From Reclinomonas americana ATCC 50394 (taxonomy: Eukaryota): a stretch of DNA of 53,916 nt. Under the pieces are notes generated by a model. That model was not told the origin of the DNA. It saw only the letters and a list, made by a program, of their open reading frames with translations, and ran no database searches. A program made the translations under genes and the position numbers. The stretch covers positions 133,273 to 187,188 of the forward strand of contig PS015223.1 in NCBI GenBank assembly GCA_048213135.1, in the 5' to 3' direction. Below are positions 11,902 through 23,900 of the stretch, piece after piece (the stretch's first letter is position 1; each line of letters starts with the position of its first letter).

Positions 11902-12165
11902 TCATCTTATGAGAATGTCGAGAATGTTGGCCAATGGGCTCTGCCTTCTCTCAAAGAACTCGGTGAAACCACACTCGACACAGGTCACAGTGTCGAACTT
12001 GCGAGTTTGGATGTTGAGCAGCTTGGCCACGAAGCTGCCAACGGAAAACGTCTTGCCTCTGTGTCGTGTTGTGTGAGTGAGAGTGACTCGTGCAGTCCAT
12101 GCATGCATGCATACGCACTCTTTGAACTCGCGGGCACCACACTTTTCACACGTCCAATGTGGCAT
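11902..12165 (-). CDS. Small Zn-ribbon protein of the prokaryotic DUF2082/COG3478 type, one intron
   Basis: Removing the 60-nt intron 12059-12118 gives MPHWTCEKCGAREFKEGKTFSVGSFVAKLLNIQTRKFDTVTCVECGFTEFFERRQSPLANILDILIR, with CxKCG ... Q.RKF..VTCxxCGxTEF and the N(I/L)xD tail. Confidence 0.8.
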   Translation of the reverse strand: MPHWTCEKCGAREFKECVCMHAWTARVTLTHTTRHRGKTFSVGSFVAKLLNIQTRKFDTVTCVECGFTEFFERRQSPLANILDILIR

Positions 12166-12299
12166 TCCAGTGGTGGTGACCAGTGGCGCTGAGCGAGGTT
12201 CGTCAGTGGGGCCCGCAACGCGAGTGAGCGCCGTTGTCTCACTGTGTGACATACATGCAGCGATCGATGGGACAGCAGTGGTGGGGACGACGAATGCAT

Positions 12300-13795
12300 T
12301 CACTGAAGTGAGCACTGTGGAAGCGTGATGCCAAACACGCCACGTCGGGTCGACGCTGTCGTCGGGCCTGATGGTGCTGCGGCCGATCGAAAAGGCACGA
12401 GCTGCATGTCCAGACGTCGTGAGTCGCCGTCGACGATTATGTCAGCCTCCTCCACACCACTGTCGTCATCGTCGTTGTCCGCGCTGACCTGCACCGTGGA
12501 TGTGCCGCCGCTGAGATGCGGAATAATCAGGGTGGAGACGGACGACAGGGTGAGGGGCGGCGGCTTGCTGGAGAACTCCAGCAGTTGTGCTGCACCACTG
12601 CCGGCATCATCGTCTGGTGCCTCCGTGGATGCACTGGCGTGCGGAGACAAGAGTCGCGCAAAGTTTGGCGGCAACTCACATGTCGGTGACATTAGCCGTC
12701 GCAAGTAGTACTTGAGGGAGGGGTTCACATGTCCAGGCAGCGCCACCGAGAACCACACCAGCAGACCGCCGTGCACACTGCGTCCCGACGACTCCACCCA
12801 CGGGAATTCGGGCAAGCCAGCAAACTCTATCCAGCGACACTGCGCAGGGTGGGTGACACAGTCGGTGCACTCGACGCGAGCGCGTGAACCGTCCAACAGC
12901 TGGATCCGTACGGAGAAGCCACGGATTGCTTCCTCCACACTCAGTGTGTGCTGCGTCAACAAGTGCGCTCCACATCTCACGAAACGCGGATGTCGACGCA
13001 CCCGCACAATCACTTGCACCTCGTGACTGTCCAACACAATAACGTGCCGATCCGGAACACCCGCTGGCACCGACACCTGCACACCGTCACGATCGACGGC
13101 AGTGGTCCACCGCGAGCCGCGACACTCTGCGCACACTTGCACATTGCGCTCCCCACGACCCTGGCAATCCGGACAGTGTACCACCAAGCGTTGCACTACT
13201 CCCGTTGACAGCGTGCGCAGCAGCACCTTGCGACCGTCGCCCTTTATGGTCGAGTGAGAGTGAGACAAGTGGCACAACGTAACACGAGTCACGCACTCAC
13301 AGACCTTGCACCGACGACAATACTCCAGCTGACCGCCGGTGCCGCCGCACACTGAGCACACTCGCGTCCGCGGCGGGAGGCGAATGCGACGCACCACGCC
13401 CGTGTACACCTCCTCCAGTGACACGCGCAGCACGAGTCGCACGTACTGTGGCGCCTGTTCGATTGCTGGCCTCGCCTCACTCGCACCGACTTGCAGCGGG
13501 TTCTTGCTGGCGAGCCTGTTGTGTGCACCAGAGAACGCTGCAAACAAGTTCTCCAGCACGCCGGGCAGGCCAGTGGTGGCGCCAAACTGCGACTCGGTGC
13601 CGATCTCCGCGAATCCATGCTGCTCGGTCACGTCGTCACCAGCACCACTGATCTGCACAAGCGCAGGAGAGGTGAGTGTGGTGCAGAGTCGACAGGGCGA
13701 CGCAGACAGACGCACCTCCAGTGCCGAAGCGCCATACTTGTCGTACAGTGCACGCTTGCGATCATTGGACAAGACAGCGTATGCTGAAGATGATG

Positions 13796-13837
<42 letters not shown>

Positions 13838-14116
13838 TCAGTAGATGCACGACGACGAGAGACAGACAACTCGCTGGAACTCACGCACCCTCGCGGATCT
13901 TCCGAAACTCATCAGTGGCATTCGGATTCTTGTCGGGATGCAAGCGCAAGGCCAGTGCACGATACGCTCGCTTGAGCTCCTCTGCCGTGGCACTGCGCTC
14001 TGCTCTCGCCACAATGAGGAGGACGAGAACAAGAAAGCAAAGGAGGAGAGAGACACGCAACTAACGCCGAGAATGCGGTACAACTCGGTGGCATCGAATG
14101 CCAAGTGGCGCTGCAT
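12300..14116 (-). CDS. Type I DnaJ/Hsp40 co-chaperone (DNAJA/Ydj1-like)
   Basis: J domain [33 protein letters not shown]...[16 protein letters not shown]; four Zn motifs ([32 protein letters not shown]); C-terminal CaaX-like CSLQ. Confidence 0.9.
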
Positions 14117-14262
14117 TGCTCAGCGATGAAGCACGAGGGTGTGTGTGTTGCTTCTCTCTCTCCCCTTCGCTCACTGCACAACAACGATGAACAGCGAACG
14201 TCGCGACGTTTTCAGAGGACGTCGCGGAGATTAATTGAGCTTGTGTTGCACAGAGAGAGAAG

Positions 14263-14620
14263 ATGAGCGTTTCCGTTGGGCAACTCTTGTGTCCCTACTC
14301 GTGGGTAGTGTGGTTGCTCGCGTTGCTTCGACTGGCGATGCAGCTGTTGCGCGACGGAGTGCTCACAGTCGTCGGCAAGTCTCACTTGGCGTCGTCTTCC
14401 GCTGCTTCTGCTGAGGAGCCAGTGTCACCCGAACCAGCCGTGGAGCAGTTGCGTGCTCCCCCTCTTACGTCAGCGACATTCATTCTCCATTTTCTCCGAC
14501 AACATGTGTTGTCGCAGTTCAAAGCAGCAACCGGAGGCCGCGGCAGTAGTGCGACAGAGATCGCAGCGTGGTGATGGCGGCAGTGGCGAGCATTCCACCA
14601 CTGCCGCGCTCGACGAGTGA
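14263..14620 (+). CDS. Possible small hypothetical protein of about 70 aa (3 exons)
   Basis: ATG 14263; candidate introns 14275-14343 and 14448-14517 give MSVS|LLRDGVLTVVGK...VEH|SKQQPEA...LDE, TGA. No homology support. Confidence 0.35.
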
Positions 14621-14654
14621 ACAATCGCCCGTCTAGTCTGTATGCGCTTGTTAG

Positions 14655-16087
14655 TCAGTTGGTGTCGCAATTGTCGCACTCGAGTGCATCGTCGGCGAGC
14701 AGCATGTCAGCCGCCGTGCTGACGGCTACTGTGGCGTATCCGCGTTGCTCGTACAGGCGCTGTGGGGGTAAGATTGTGTGAGGAGGAGCGGTTAATGCGG
14801 CGCAATCGAGGTGGCGTACAGTACCTCGTTCATGTTGACGCCCTGCACGCCAATGTTGCGGATGCGCGAGAGCTCTGGCGCCAGGTATCGAGACGGTAGC
14901 AGGCCCGCTCGCTGCAAGCTGGTGAAGCATATCTGCGCATGGCGAAGGGGGGCTTGTCTCGTCAGCATCTTCGACAGTGAGCGACGACACGCCGGGTTCT
15001 CCGCAACATCCCAGCCGTTGGCACACTCGCGAAACTCGCGCTCGTGCTGCTGCAGGAGGTTCCACGTGGAGCGCGGTAGCAGGTAGCCGGTGTTGCTGAG
15101 TCCCTCCAGCACGTGCACTCGCTGCGCCAGGCTGTGTGTGCCCAGCGGCGGGTGTCAGCGGAAGATGGAAGTCGGCGAATGTGATCCGCACTCTCTCTCA
15201 CACACACCTGCGCTCGGTCGAGGCCGCATTGTAGAGACTGAGGCCCCAGCAGCCGCGGCACATTGTGTGCCACTCTGCCACCATGCGATGCGACATGGCA
15301 AACAGATCCGCGCTGCTCACGTGGTCCTCCTCCACAAACAACACCTCGTCCACCGTGGTGCCCAGCAGCTCCGACTCAAACACCATGTGCTGAATCCACC
15401 ACCAGTGCTCCTTCAGGGCCATAATCGAGCCGCCCTCGTTGGTCGTCGGACGCACAAACACAAACAACTGGAGCAGGGCGATGAGAGACGGATGATGATG
15501 ACGACGCTGTTCAAGCACGCAACTGGACAGGTGTGCTGATTGTCTTCACGGCCCCTGCCAACTGCCTCCGCGCCCACTGCGTGCGGGTACTCGCGTTGTA
15601 GAAAGTCCATGGTTTGCGGCATGGCGCCGTCGAGGAAGAGCAGAATGACCGGCTCAAACGAGCGATCGTCGCGATGTGTGTGCGACGGGCCAGTGACCAC
15701 CGTCTCCGTCTCGGCCGCCCGACACAGCGACCCCAGCGACTCTGTCAGGTACTGCGGACGACTCTTGGCGTACATGGCCACCACGTGTGGCACACGGCGC
15801 AGGCGCGTGGCCCGCTTCGCCACGAATCGCTGCAATCGATCGCGTTGCAGGGCATTGTACGACGAGACTCTGTGCCGCACCTCCCAGTCACGCATTCGCA
15901 GAGAGAGAGAGGAAGGGTGATGTGCGCAGGCACACAGCTCACGCAACAGATGCGTCACCATGTCTTCACACACCACGCCCGAGTGATCGCATTGCACACG
16001 CGTGTTGGTCGTCCACACCAACCCCACAATCATGCTCACCAGCACCAGTGCCAACAGTGACACGGCCGCAATCGCCAAGCACGGCAT
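14655..16087 (-). CDS. MGAT2: MGAT2/GnT-II-like (GT16) Golgi glycosyltransferase, type II membrane
   Basis: N-terminal anchor, then RPQYL, LKEHWWW, LFVEEDH, C..C..LSL, SNTGY, NGWD|I and RIRNIG. These follow the GnT-II motifs KHHWWW, LFLEEDH, NMG, NWD, RIFHxG. Confidence 0.8.
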
Positions 16088-16389
16088 ACCGTTGCTTCTG
16101 AATGCAAAGTGAACACATGTGTGATGAGGAACAATGCCTGCTTGTATGCGTCACCTCACAGACGGCAGTGCATAGGGATGGTAATCGCCACCCCGGACAG
16201 GGGGGTCGCGCTCGCGAGTGAGTCGAGCAAACACGATGAATGATCGCTCTCGGCGACGGACTAACGACGATGATTGACAGAGAGGACACAGGCACAAACG
16301 ACACTGTACACTCCTCGCAAGCGTCGGCTATAGACAGCACACGCATACATACAAACACAACAACAACAACAACAAAAGAGAAAGAAAAC

Positions 16390-17018
16390 TCAACGCGACT
16401 GCGTCGAGTTGCGCTGCTGTCGTTTTGCCTCCGCCACTGCAAAGCACACGGGAGTGAGCACACCACCAACAAACGAGCGTGAGTGCGAGCGGAACAACGC
16501 ACTGGCTTCATCGATCCTCCGCTCCAGTTCTCTGTTGTCGAGCCTCTTGACTGCCACCTGCTCACACACACACAGTCGATCAGTGTCCGACATGACGATC
16601 TCTCCAACTGCTGTGCTGCGCAGACGACGAACCATGTCTTTGAGTAACTCGACACGCCATCGTATTTGCTCTTGCTCGGCGAGTAGCTCGTCACGCTCTC
16701 TCTCCAGCTCCTGCAGCGCTTGCGCACGATCCGTGCTTATACCAACTTCGCCTGCTCACATGGATCATTAGCTGCTGCCTGTGCTCTGGATCAAAGAGCA
16801 TACACGCGTGCGTACCATCAGTGTGCCACTCGCCACCGTGGAACACAAACTCACGCTCGCCGAGCATAAACAGAATGTCGTCCTTGTCAATGTTGGGCAC
16901 ACTGCGAGAGTGCGTGATTGTGTGAGCTCTCGCAGAGTGTGGAAGGTCGTCGCGTTGAGACACACCTCTGTGGTGGCTCTGGAAGAGGCTTGGCCCCAAA
17001 CCGAAACAGCGACACCAT
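16390..17018 (-). CDS. Chibby-family protein, copy B
   Basis: Spliced MVSLFRFGAKPLPEPPQ|SVPNID..ILFMLGEREFVFHGGEW...LQELERERDELLAEQEQIRWRVELLKDM|VA; matches the Chibby LGxxxxxFxxGxW motif plus a coiled coil ending LLxDM. Confidence 0.75.
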
Positions 17019-17299
17019 TGTCTTTCTCTCTCTCCGCGATTGATCCCGGCGACCGTTACACCGCCGACGTGCAGGACCGTCAACTCCCCCTCAACTTCCG
17101 CAGAGAGAACACGCACGCACACACGTACACACTCTCTTCGCTGGTGAAGCCATGGGAAACNNNNNNNNNNNNNNNNNNNNATCAGGATCAGGATCACACA
17201 AAACAGAATCTATACAATGAACGCTGTGTGCGGCTACTCTCGCGACACGGGGACTGGCGATACAAACAAAAAAAAGGGACGGAAAGAAAGCAAGAACGA

Positions 17300-17712
17300 T
17301 CATTGCCGTGAGGCATCGGCCAGCAATCCCTCCTGTGAGATCGACGCATCGGCAAGCTGCGACACGCGGCACGATGTGAGTGGCTGCTCGAGACGGTGCA
17401 TGACCACGAGGTACCGCCCCTCTCACCATGTCTTTCAGCACTCGCTCCTCCAGTTGCAGTCGTAAGTTTGCCACTCTGAGTTTCCGTATCTCCTCCATCA
17501 GTTGCCTTCCTCGCAGACCACCACCCGCCGACTCTACACCGCCACAGCATCAGCCACCCATCACACTACTCCTGTGGTTCCCTGCTGCACTCACCTCCGG
17601 CAATCCTCCACTCGCCCTCCGCAAACTCAATCTGCTTGTCGCCGATCGCAAACGAGATGGGCGTGGTGTCGATGTTGGGCACCGACGGTGGCGGTGGCGG
17701 CAGGATGATCTT
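17300..17712 (-). CDS. Chibby-family protein, copy A (5' end in gap)
   Basis: PPPPPSVPNIDTTPISFAIGDKQIEFAEGEWRIAG|...EEIRKLRVANLRLQLEERVLKDM|LADASISQEGLLADASRQ, TGA at 17300-17302. Confidence 0.75.
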
Positions 17713-17980
17713 NNNNNNNNNNNNNNNNNNNNNNNNNNNNNNNNNNNNNNNNNNNNNNNNNNNNNNNNNNNNNNNNNNNNNNNNNNNNNNNNNNNNNNNN
17801 NNNNNNNNNNNNNNNNNNNNNNNNNNNNNNNNNNNNNNNNNNNNNNNNNNNNNNNNNNNNNNNNNNNNNNNNNNNNNNNNNNNNNNNNNNNNNNNNNNNN
17901 NNNNNNNNNNNNNNNNNNNNNNNNNNNNNNNNNNNNNNNNNNNNNNNNNNNNNNNNNNNNNNNNNNNNNNNNNNNNNNNN

Positions 17981-20900
17981 CCAGATGATGATGATGGCGG
18001 AGCGCCGCCACCGTCAGCGGCTGCCGCCGTCATCCACCGCTCGATCAGTGCGCTCAGCGATGTGGCACCGTCGCCGGCCAGACGGCGAAGCACACGTCGA
18101 CACGGCGACAGCCCGTCTGTCACGCCCTCCGCTTTCTGCTCGTCCTCTGGGCCTGTGCTGACAAACACACAGTAGCGCTCGGCGCTCGGGAGCACGTCGA
18201 TCGGGCCGTCGCCGTCGCCTTCGTCGTGACGATGGCGCGCGGCCTGCAGCAGGCGCTTGTTGCGACGATACTCGTCAATGTCGTGCAGACCGACGTGCTC
18301 AACAGTGCCGTCCGTCGACTGTCGACTGTCGTCCTCCATCACGGTGGTGGACGCCAAGAAGTGAGCGCGGAGGCGTTCTTCCAGCTTTAGCCGACGTCGC
18401 AGGATTTGTCGCAGGAAGCGATCGGCACGCAGAGGAACGCTGTTGTTGTGCAGTCGACTCTCCAGTACTGGCACGCCCGGGGCACCCATGTCGGCGGTGA
18501 TCCGCGGCGGCGTCGAGCTTGGTGCGAGGTCGTTGGAGGTGACGCGCGGACCACTGACCGTCATGCCCCAGTTGGTGCGGAACACCTGTGCCGCCACCCG
18601 ATTGGCGGCCGCCCGTCCCGATACCCACTTGGCACAGGGCCACGGACCGGCCACTGCGGCCGTGTCGACCACCACCGGCGTCAGCATCTGCACAAGCGAA
18701 TCGCCCAGCAGGTGATGAACGGCGCGTTTCACGGCAGCTGCATACACGACACGTCCGCTATGGTGCGCCAGCAGCAGCAGGCGCGCTCCCTAGCACACCC
18801 ACATAGTAGGGAAAATCCCCCAAGCAGCAAGTGAGTCCACGGGCATCAACATGCTTGTGTGCGGTGACGCAACAGGCGAGAGTGCGAACGGCACGGCCGA
18901 GGCACTGCTGTTGTCGTCGGCACACACCCATTCCAAGCCGAGTAACGCCGTGGACATGCTTCCGCTGGCCACCTCCACACCCTCCCGATCCGATGTGCGC
19001 TCTTCCCAGTTCAGAAGCCAGCCGGCAACATCCCAGAACGCCTTTTGCTCCACCGCGCGAGCCACCTGTCGATACAACTGATCCGTGTCGACACGTACGG
19101 ATGTTGTTGTTGTTGTTGTTGTTGTTGTTGTGGCACTACCACCACTTGCGCCACCGCGTTGCTGCAACAGTGGAGCACATCCCATCTGTGTGCCCAATGG
19201 TCAAGCGAAGAACAGGCACTGCGAATGCACACGCTGGATGCACGAGACCTTGTCACCAAGTCGTGCGCGCAGCTGCAATGCAGTCTTGTCGCGCTCCGCC
19301 ATCGCATCAAACGTCCACAGTGCTCGCGCCTCACCGACTTTTGCCACCGGCAACAGCACGCAGCGGCCGAGCACAATCGGCATCTTGCACCGCCAAAATG
19401 CATCTGCCACCACAGCACCTCTAGATGAGCTGTTGCTGTCTTTCTCTCTCTCTCTCTTCAATTTCCACTTCACCAGCATCATCGACGGCAGCACAGCATG
19501 CGTCCAACCACGAAAGAGCTTGCAAGCCGCGACTCCACGCCATCGCCTCTGCGTGGCTCACAGCAATCCAGCTCAGTCGGTAAGCACCACAGTCGACCAC
19601 CATGTCGACACCCACGAATCCGGATTCCACAGCAGTGTAGCGTGCTGCATTAACGAGAGTGAGACAGCAACACACTCTCTCCTCCGACAGACGTATACTC
19701 ACGTCGGTGAAACGAGACTCCGCGCACATCACCCAGGCCATGTGCGAGCACTGTGTGGATCACAAATTCGATCACCTTGTTGGGCACTGTGGTGCACCAA
19801 AAAAAAACAGTGAATTACATGGAGGGACAGGCACAGTGGTACGCACACGAACCAGGTGAGGCAGAGTGTCGACAGTGCCTCCACAGCACCAAGGCACCAA
19901 TCAAGCTCGGTGATACTGGATCTCCGCCACCGAGCACTGTGCGAATGCTGTCTGCCGACGGCAGAGCCTCAGCCACCGACCAGCACAGATGCACATCCAG
20001 AAGGCAGAGTCGGAGCATGTGGCGCGCCGCCTGCAGTGATCGGTGAGTTGTGTGTAGCCAGGGAGCGATCAATCACAAAACGCACCTCACTGCCAGCAAA
20101 CTCGACTGCCTCGGCCAATCGACGCGTTAGCGCCGAGAGACCGCCGAATCGGCCGTGCTGCGCGCATGCACGAGTGAGACGGACAGCAAAGTCTCAACAC
20201 AAGTCAGACTGGCAGGACTCAACCTGCACACTCCACAGTCGCGCACATACGATGCACGGACACGCACTCGTAAACTGTTGGTGCACTCGAATGCACAGTG
20301 ATGCCGCCAGTGCATGCCAGCGTGCTGCAGCGGGTTCTGTCAGCCAGGCGACAACGGAAGGCGCGAAAGATTTTACGTGCGCACCTTCATCGGCATCCAA
20401 TGCTCGGAGCACGGCCGGCATGACACCACGCAGCACCGACGGCAACCAACTGACTGCCACTCGATCCTGTTGACGCGTCCGTGGATCGCGACGCAACATA
20501 GTCACAGGCTGCTGTTCGTCTACTGCCACTGTCGGCAACTCTACCACATGCAACGCAAACGCGCCGACAGCCACTGTGTCCAAGGCAGCCGACGGTTGAC
20601 TCCAAAAGGAGCCACTTGCCAGGTTGACTGTGTCGGCTACCGGCGCAGACTCGGGTGACAACACGCCGAGTGCCACATGCCAATAGTCGGTATCCATCAA
20701 CGCGTGTGAGCACAGTACCCACGCGTTATAGTCGCTTGACTCCTCCATCGACGACAGGGAGCGTTCCAATTGCTCCGTGGCCGACATGGCACAGTGTACA
20801 GTGCCCGCAGCAAGCACGATTTCGTCTTCCATTGTTGTGGCCATTGTCGAGTGCATCAATGAGAGTAGAGTGCACGGAACCTTCCACCCGAGCAGCACTG

Positions 20901-23900
20901 TGCACAGAGCACAAAGCGAGTTGGCAGTGAGGGGAGCACGCACGATGCACATGAAAAGTATGCACACCATTGTGCATCTTTGAGCGTTCACGATGTGACA
21001 CAGTAATGGTCCACAGCTGGTCGGCATCCACTTCCAGATTCGTCTGCGTTTGGCGCTCCTGCTGCTGCTGCGGTGGCACATCGCCACACAATGCGCTCCA
21101 CAGATGCTGGTCGGCATTATCAGCCGCTGCAGACAACGACCAGAGTTGGCATGATGAGCGAGTGGGGCAACCATGAATGACGGCAACGTACCGTGGTGTT
21201 CATCTGGCAGTCTCGCCAACTCGGCCCAGAGACGCTGACTGCACCGATGCACCAGCGCACTCATGTCACGAACAGGCGATGTGGCGACATTGCGTCGTAC
21301 TTCGTGAACGAGTAATGACCACATGCTGTTGGCTTGCGCAGTGTCCAGCGGTACTCGACGCGCCTGCAAGCAACACAGGCTGAGGAACGCTCATGAGCAT
21401 TGGCGAACACGAAATGCAACTTTCAAGCACTGCTCCAGCACGAGTTGCTGAAAGGTCTCGCGACTCCGACTGCTGAAGGCAGCAGTTGACGACGCAGGTG
21501 ACGGCACGCCCACTGCGCAAGCAGCCAGAGAAGGCAGGTGAGCTTCTCGCTCGTATCAGCGTGACGGCATTGGCTGCATTAATCACCACACATTGCCGCA
21601 CACTGCAGCAAAGCGAGAAGCACACTGGGTGTCGAGTTGACAACCACTCGCAGCAGTTCCACTGCAGCAAGGCGCCGTTGCTGACCGAATGGAAGCGTGG
21701 ACACCGACTCATCAGTCGACAGCGACTGGGAATGGTCCGTGCGCTCCACGGCAAAAGTACAGTGGACGGCAGAGTCACGATACAGAGCGACAAAGTCATC
21801 TTGGGCATGCGGACCAGTGAGTCCAATAACAATGTTGGTGAGGAGGAGAAAGGGAGAGAGACACACCGACTGAGCACACAATGCGCGGCTGGCCCGTGGC
21901 GCGACCGCCGACGCTCACCGTGACAGTCAACAAGTCGTCCACCGCGGTACTCTTGTCGCAGCTGGCCCAGTATACAAGCAGCACACACAGCAGCTCCGTC
22001 TGAAGATCGCAAAGGGGGTGAGCGTGAGTGTTGACTGCACAGGGACACTGGGAATGACGGTTTCACCAGCTCCGAAGGTTGATGGTACATTTGCCATGCT
22101 CGCATCCAGCCTGCCGCAAATGCAGATGCATCCGAAGAGCTCGACAGCAGCGATTGAAACCGCCTGACCGAGAAGTGAGCGGAAGGATGAAGCAAAGGCT
22201 CACTGCAACGTGCGTGAATCACCCTTTTCCTTGAGGCAACAAGCGCTCCTGCAGTGCGCGCTGCAGTGGATCCGATGGCGGTGAGTGGTGAATGGAGGAG
22301 AAGAATGTCAGCGCGGTTGTAGCAAACCTCCAAGGGCGTGATTCCCGCTCGTCGGCAGCACTCCTCCAGAGACTGCAACTCCATCTGCGAGCACGGTCGC
22401 TCAGTCCTCTTCGTGGCAAAGTAATGGAACACACCAAGTGACGCACTCGTGACAGCCCGCAGCCCAGTCTCCCACGCAGCAGCTGGCACAACCTCGCAAC
22501 TCCGCCGCTGCTACGACTTTCCACAATCTCCTGACACACCTGCGCAGTGTCGCGCAGCTCACACAAGGCAGCTATTCGCAAATGAGTACAAATCATTTCC
22601 TGTTGTCACGACAGCACGCAACACGCACCACAAGACGTTTGTTGCAGTCGTGCGTTGTCCCACAACCGCTGCAACGCCGATGTCGATGCAGACAGGCTGC
22701 GCACCTGCACTGCAGCCAGTAGCAACTCCAACAGCAGGGCACACTGCTGCTCGACGGCGCTCTCATCGCCAGTGCCCCAGTCGATGGAGGTCGCGAGATG
22801 CCACACCTCCGCTGGCACATCACTCACGCCCTGTGCCGACAGTGTCATCAGCACCAAGCACGTGCCATGCTGCGCGAACAGCAGAAACAGTCGTACATAC
22901 CTCGGCCGCAGCAGCGGAAACAAGCACATCCAAACAGCGAGGATGCCGCTTACGAACCGCACTCAGTCGTGCCATCAGTGAGAATGCTGCGACGAAGACG
23001 GGAACATGAGCAGCGATAGCAGCCAGTGAGGGCAGTGACCGGTGTTACGAACACTGGTGGAAAAGGTGCGCGCAGTCGGGACGACGGCTCAGCAAGCGAC
23101 CCTGGCACAACTCGCGAATCTCCAGTCCGAGTACTGTTTTCCGCACAGCAGCATGATTACCACACGCACGCACACGAAGCAGTGCTCACGTGAGACTGAC
23201 CGTCGTTGACAAAGAGCGGATGCTTTGCGAGGGGTTCGGCAAAGTGTCGGGAGAGCTCCACAATTCTCTGCGCAGAGGCGTGAGTAACATCTGGTGTGTG
23301 TACGACACGAACAACACGCACCGCAAATACTCCCGGCACATCATCGTCGCCACCGCCTTCTCCGTCGGCTCGCTGCTGTCGCGACCGAGTGCCTCGTGCG
23401 GTCATGGAGTCGGTGAGCAGCTGGGCGAGTCGAGCGTGTGCGGCTGCACATTTGAACATGGCAAACGCCACGCGAGTGAATCCAGCCGGCACTCGCTCCA
23501 ATCGCTCGACGGCCAGCAGGCCAACCAGCCGATCCCAATCACCGAGACGAAAAGCGATCTGCAGAAGAGCGGTAACATCAGCCAGCGTTGGCAGACATGC
23601 AGGAGAAAGAGGACGAGAAAAACAAACCTCCAGATACGGCAGCATGATATCCTTGCGCGCGAAGCGATAGCTTCCCACCAACCTGCAATCATCGTTGGCA
23701 TTAGTCGGGTTGTCAGACAAGTACACGAGCAGCAACGCAACGGTCCCAGCTGCGCATGTTGACATGAAGTGCCGTGTCCACTTCGCAGAAGAATGAGGGC
23801 GGCAGTGCGCCACGCGACAGCCCGTGAGCGAGCTGCACCGCTCACGGCTTCTTGTATTGCTGCCAATGCCACGTGCATGCCGTCCACCGTGGCCACTGCT

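Noticed and set aside
19421-20900. TPR plus JmjC (KDM6/UTX-like) identity for the large TPR gene
   Set aside because: Short look-alikes (LAAGTVH, GSFWS, VHLCWSVA) are out of order, and the Cys cluster near 19830-19850 appears intronic.
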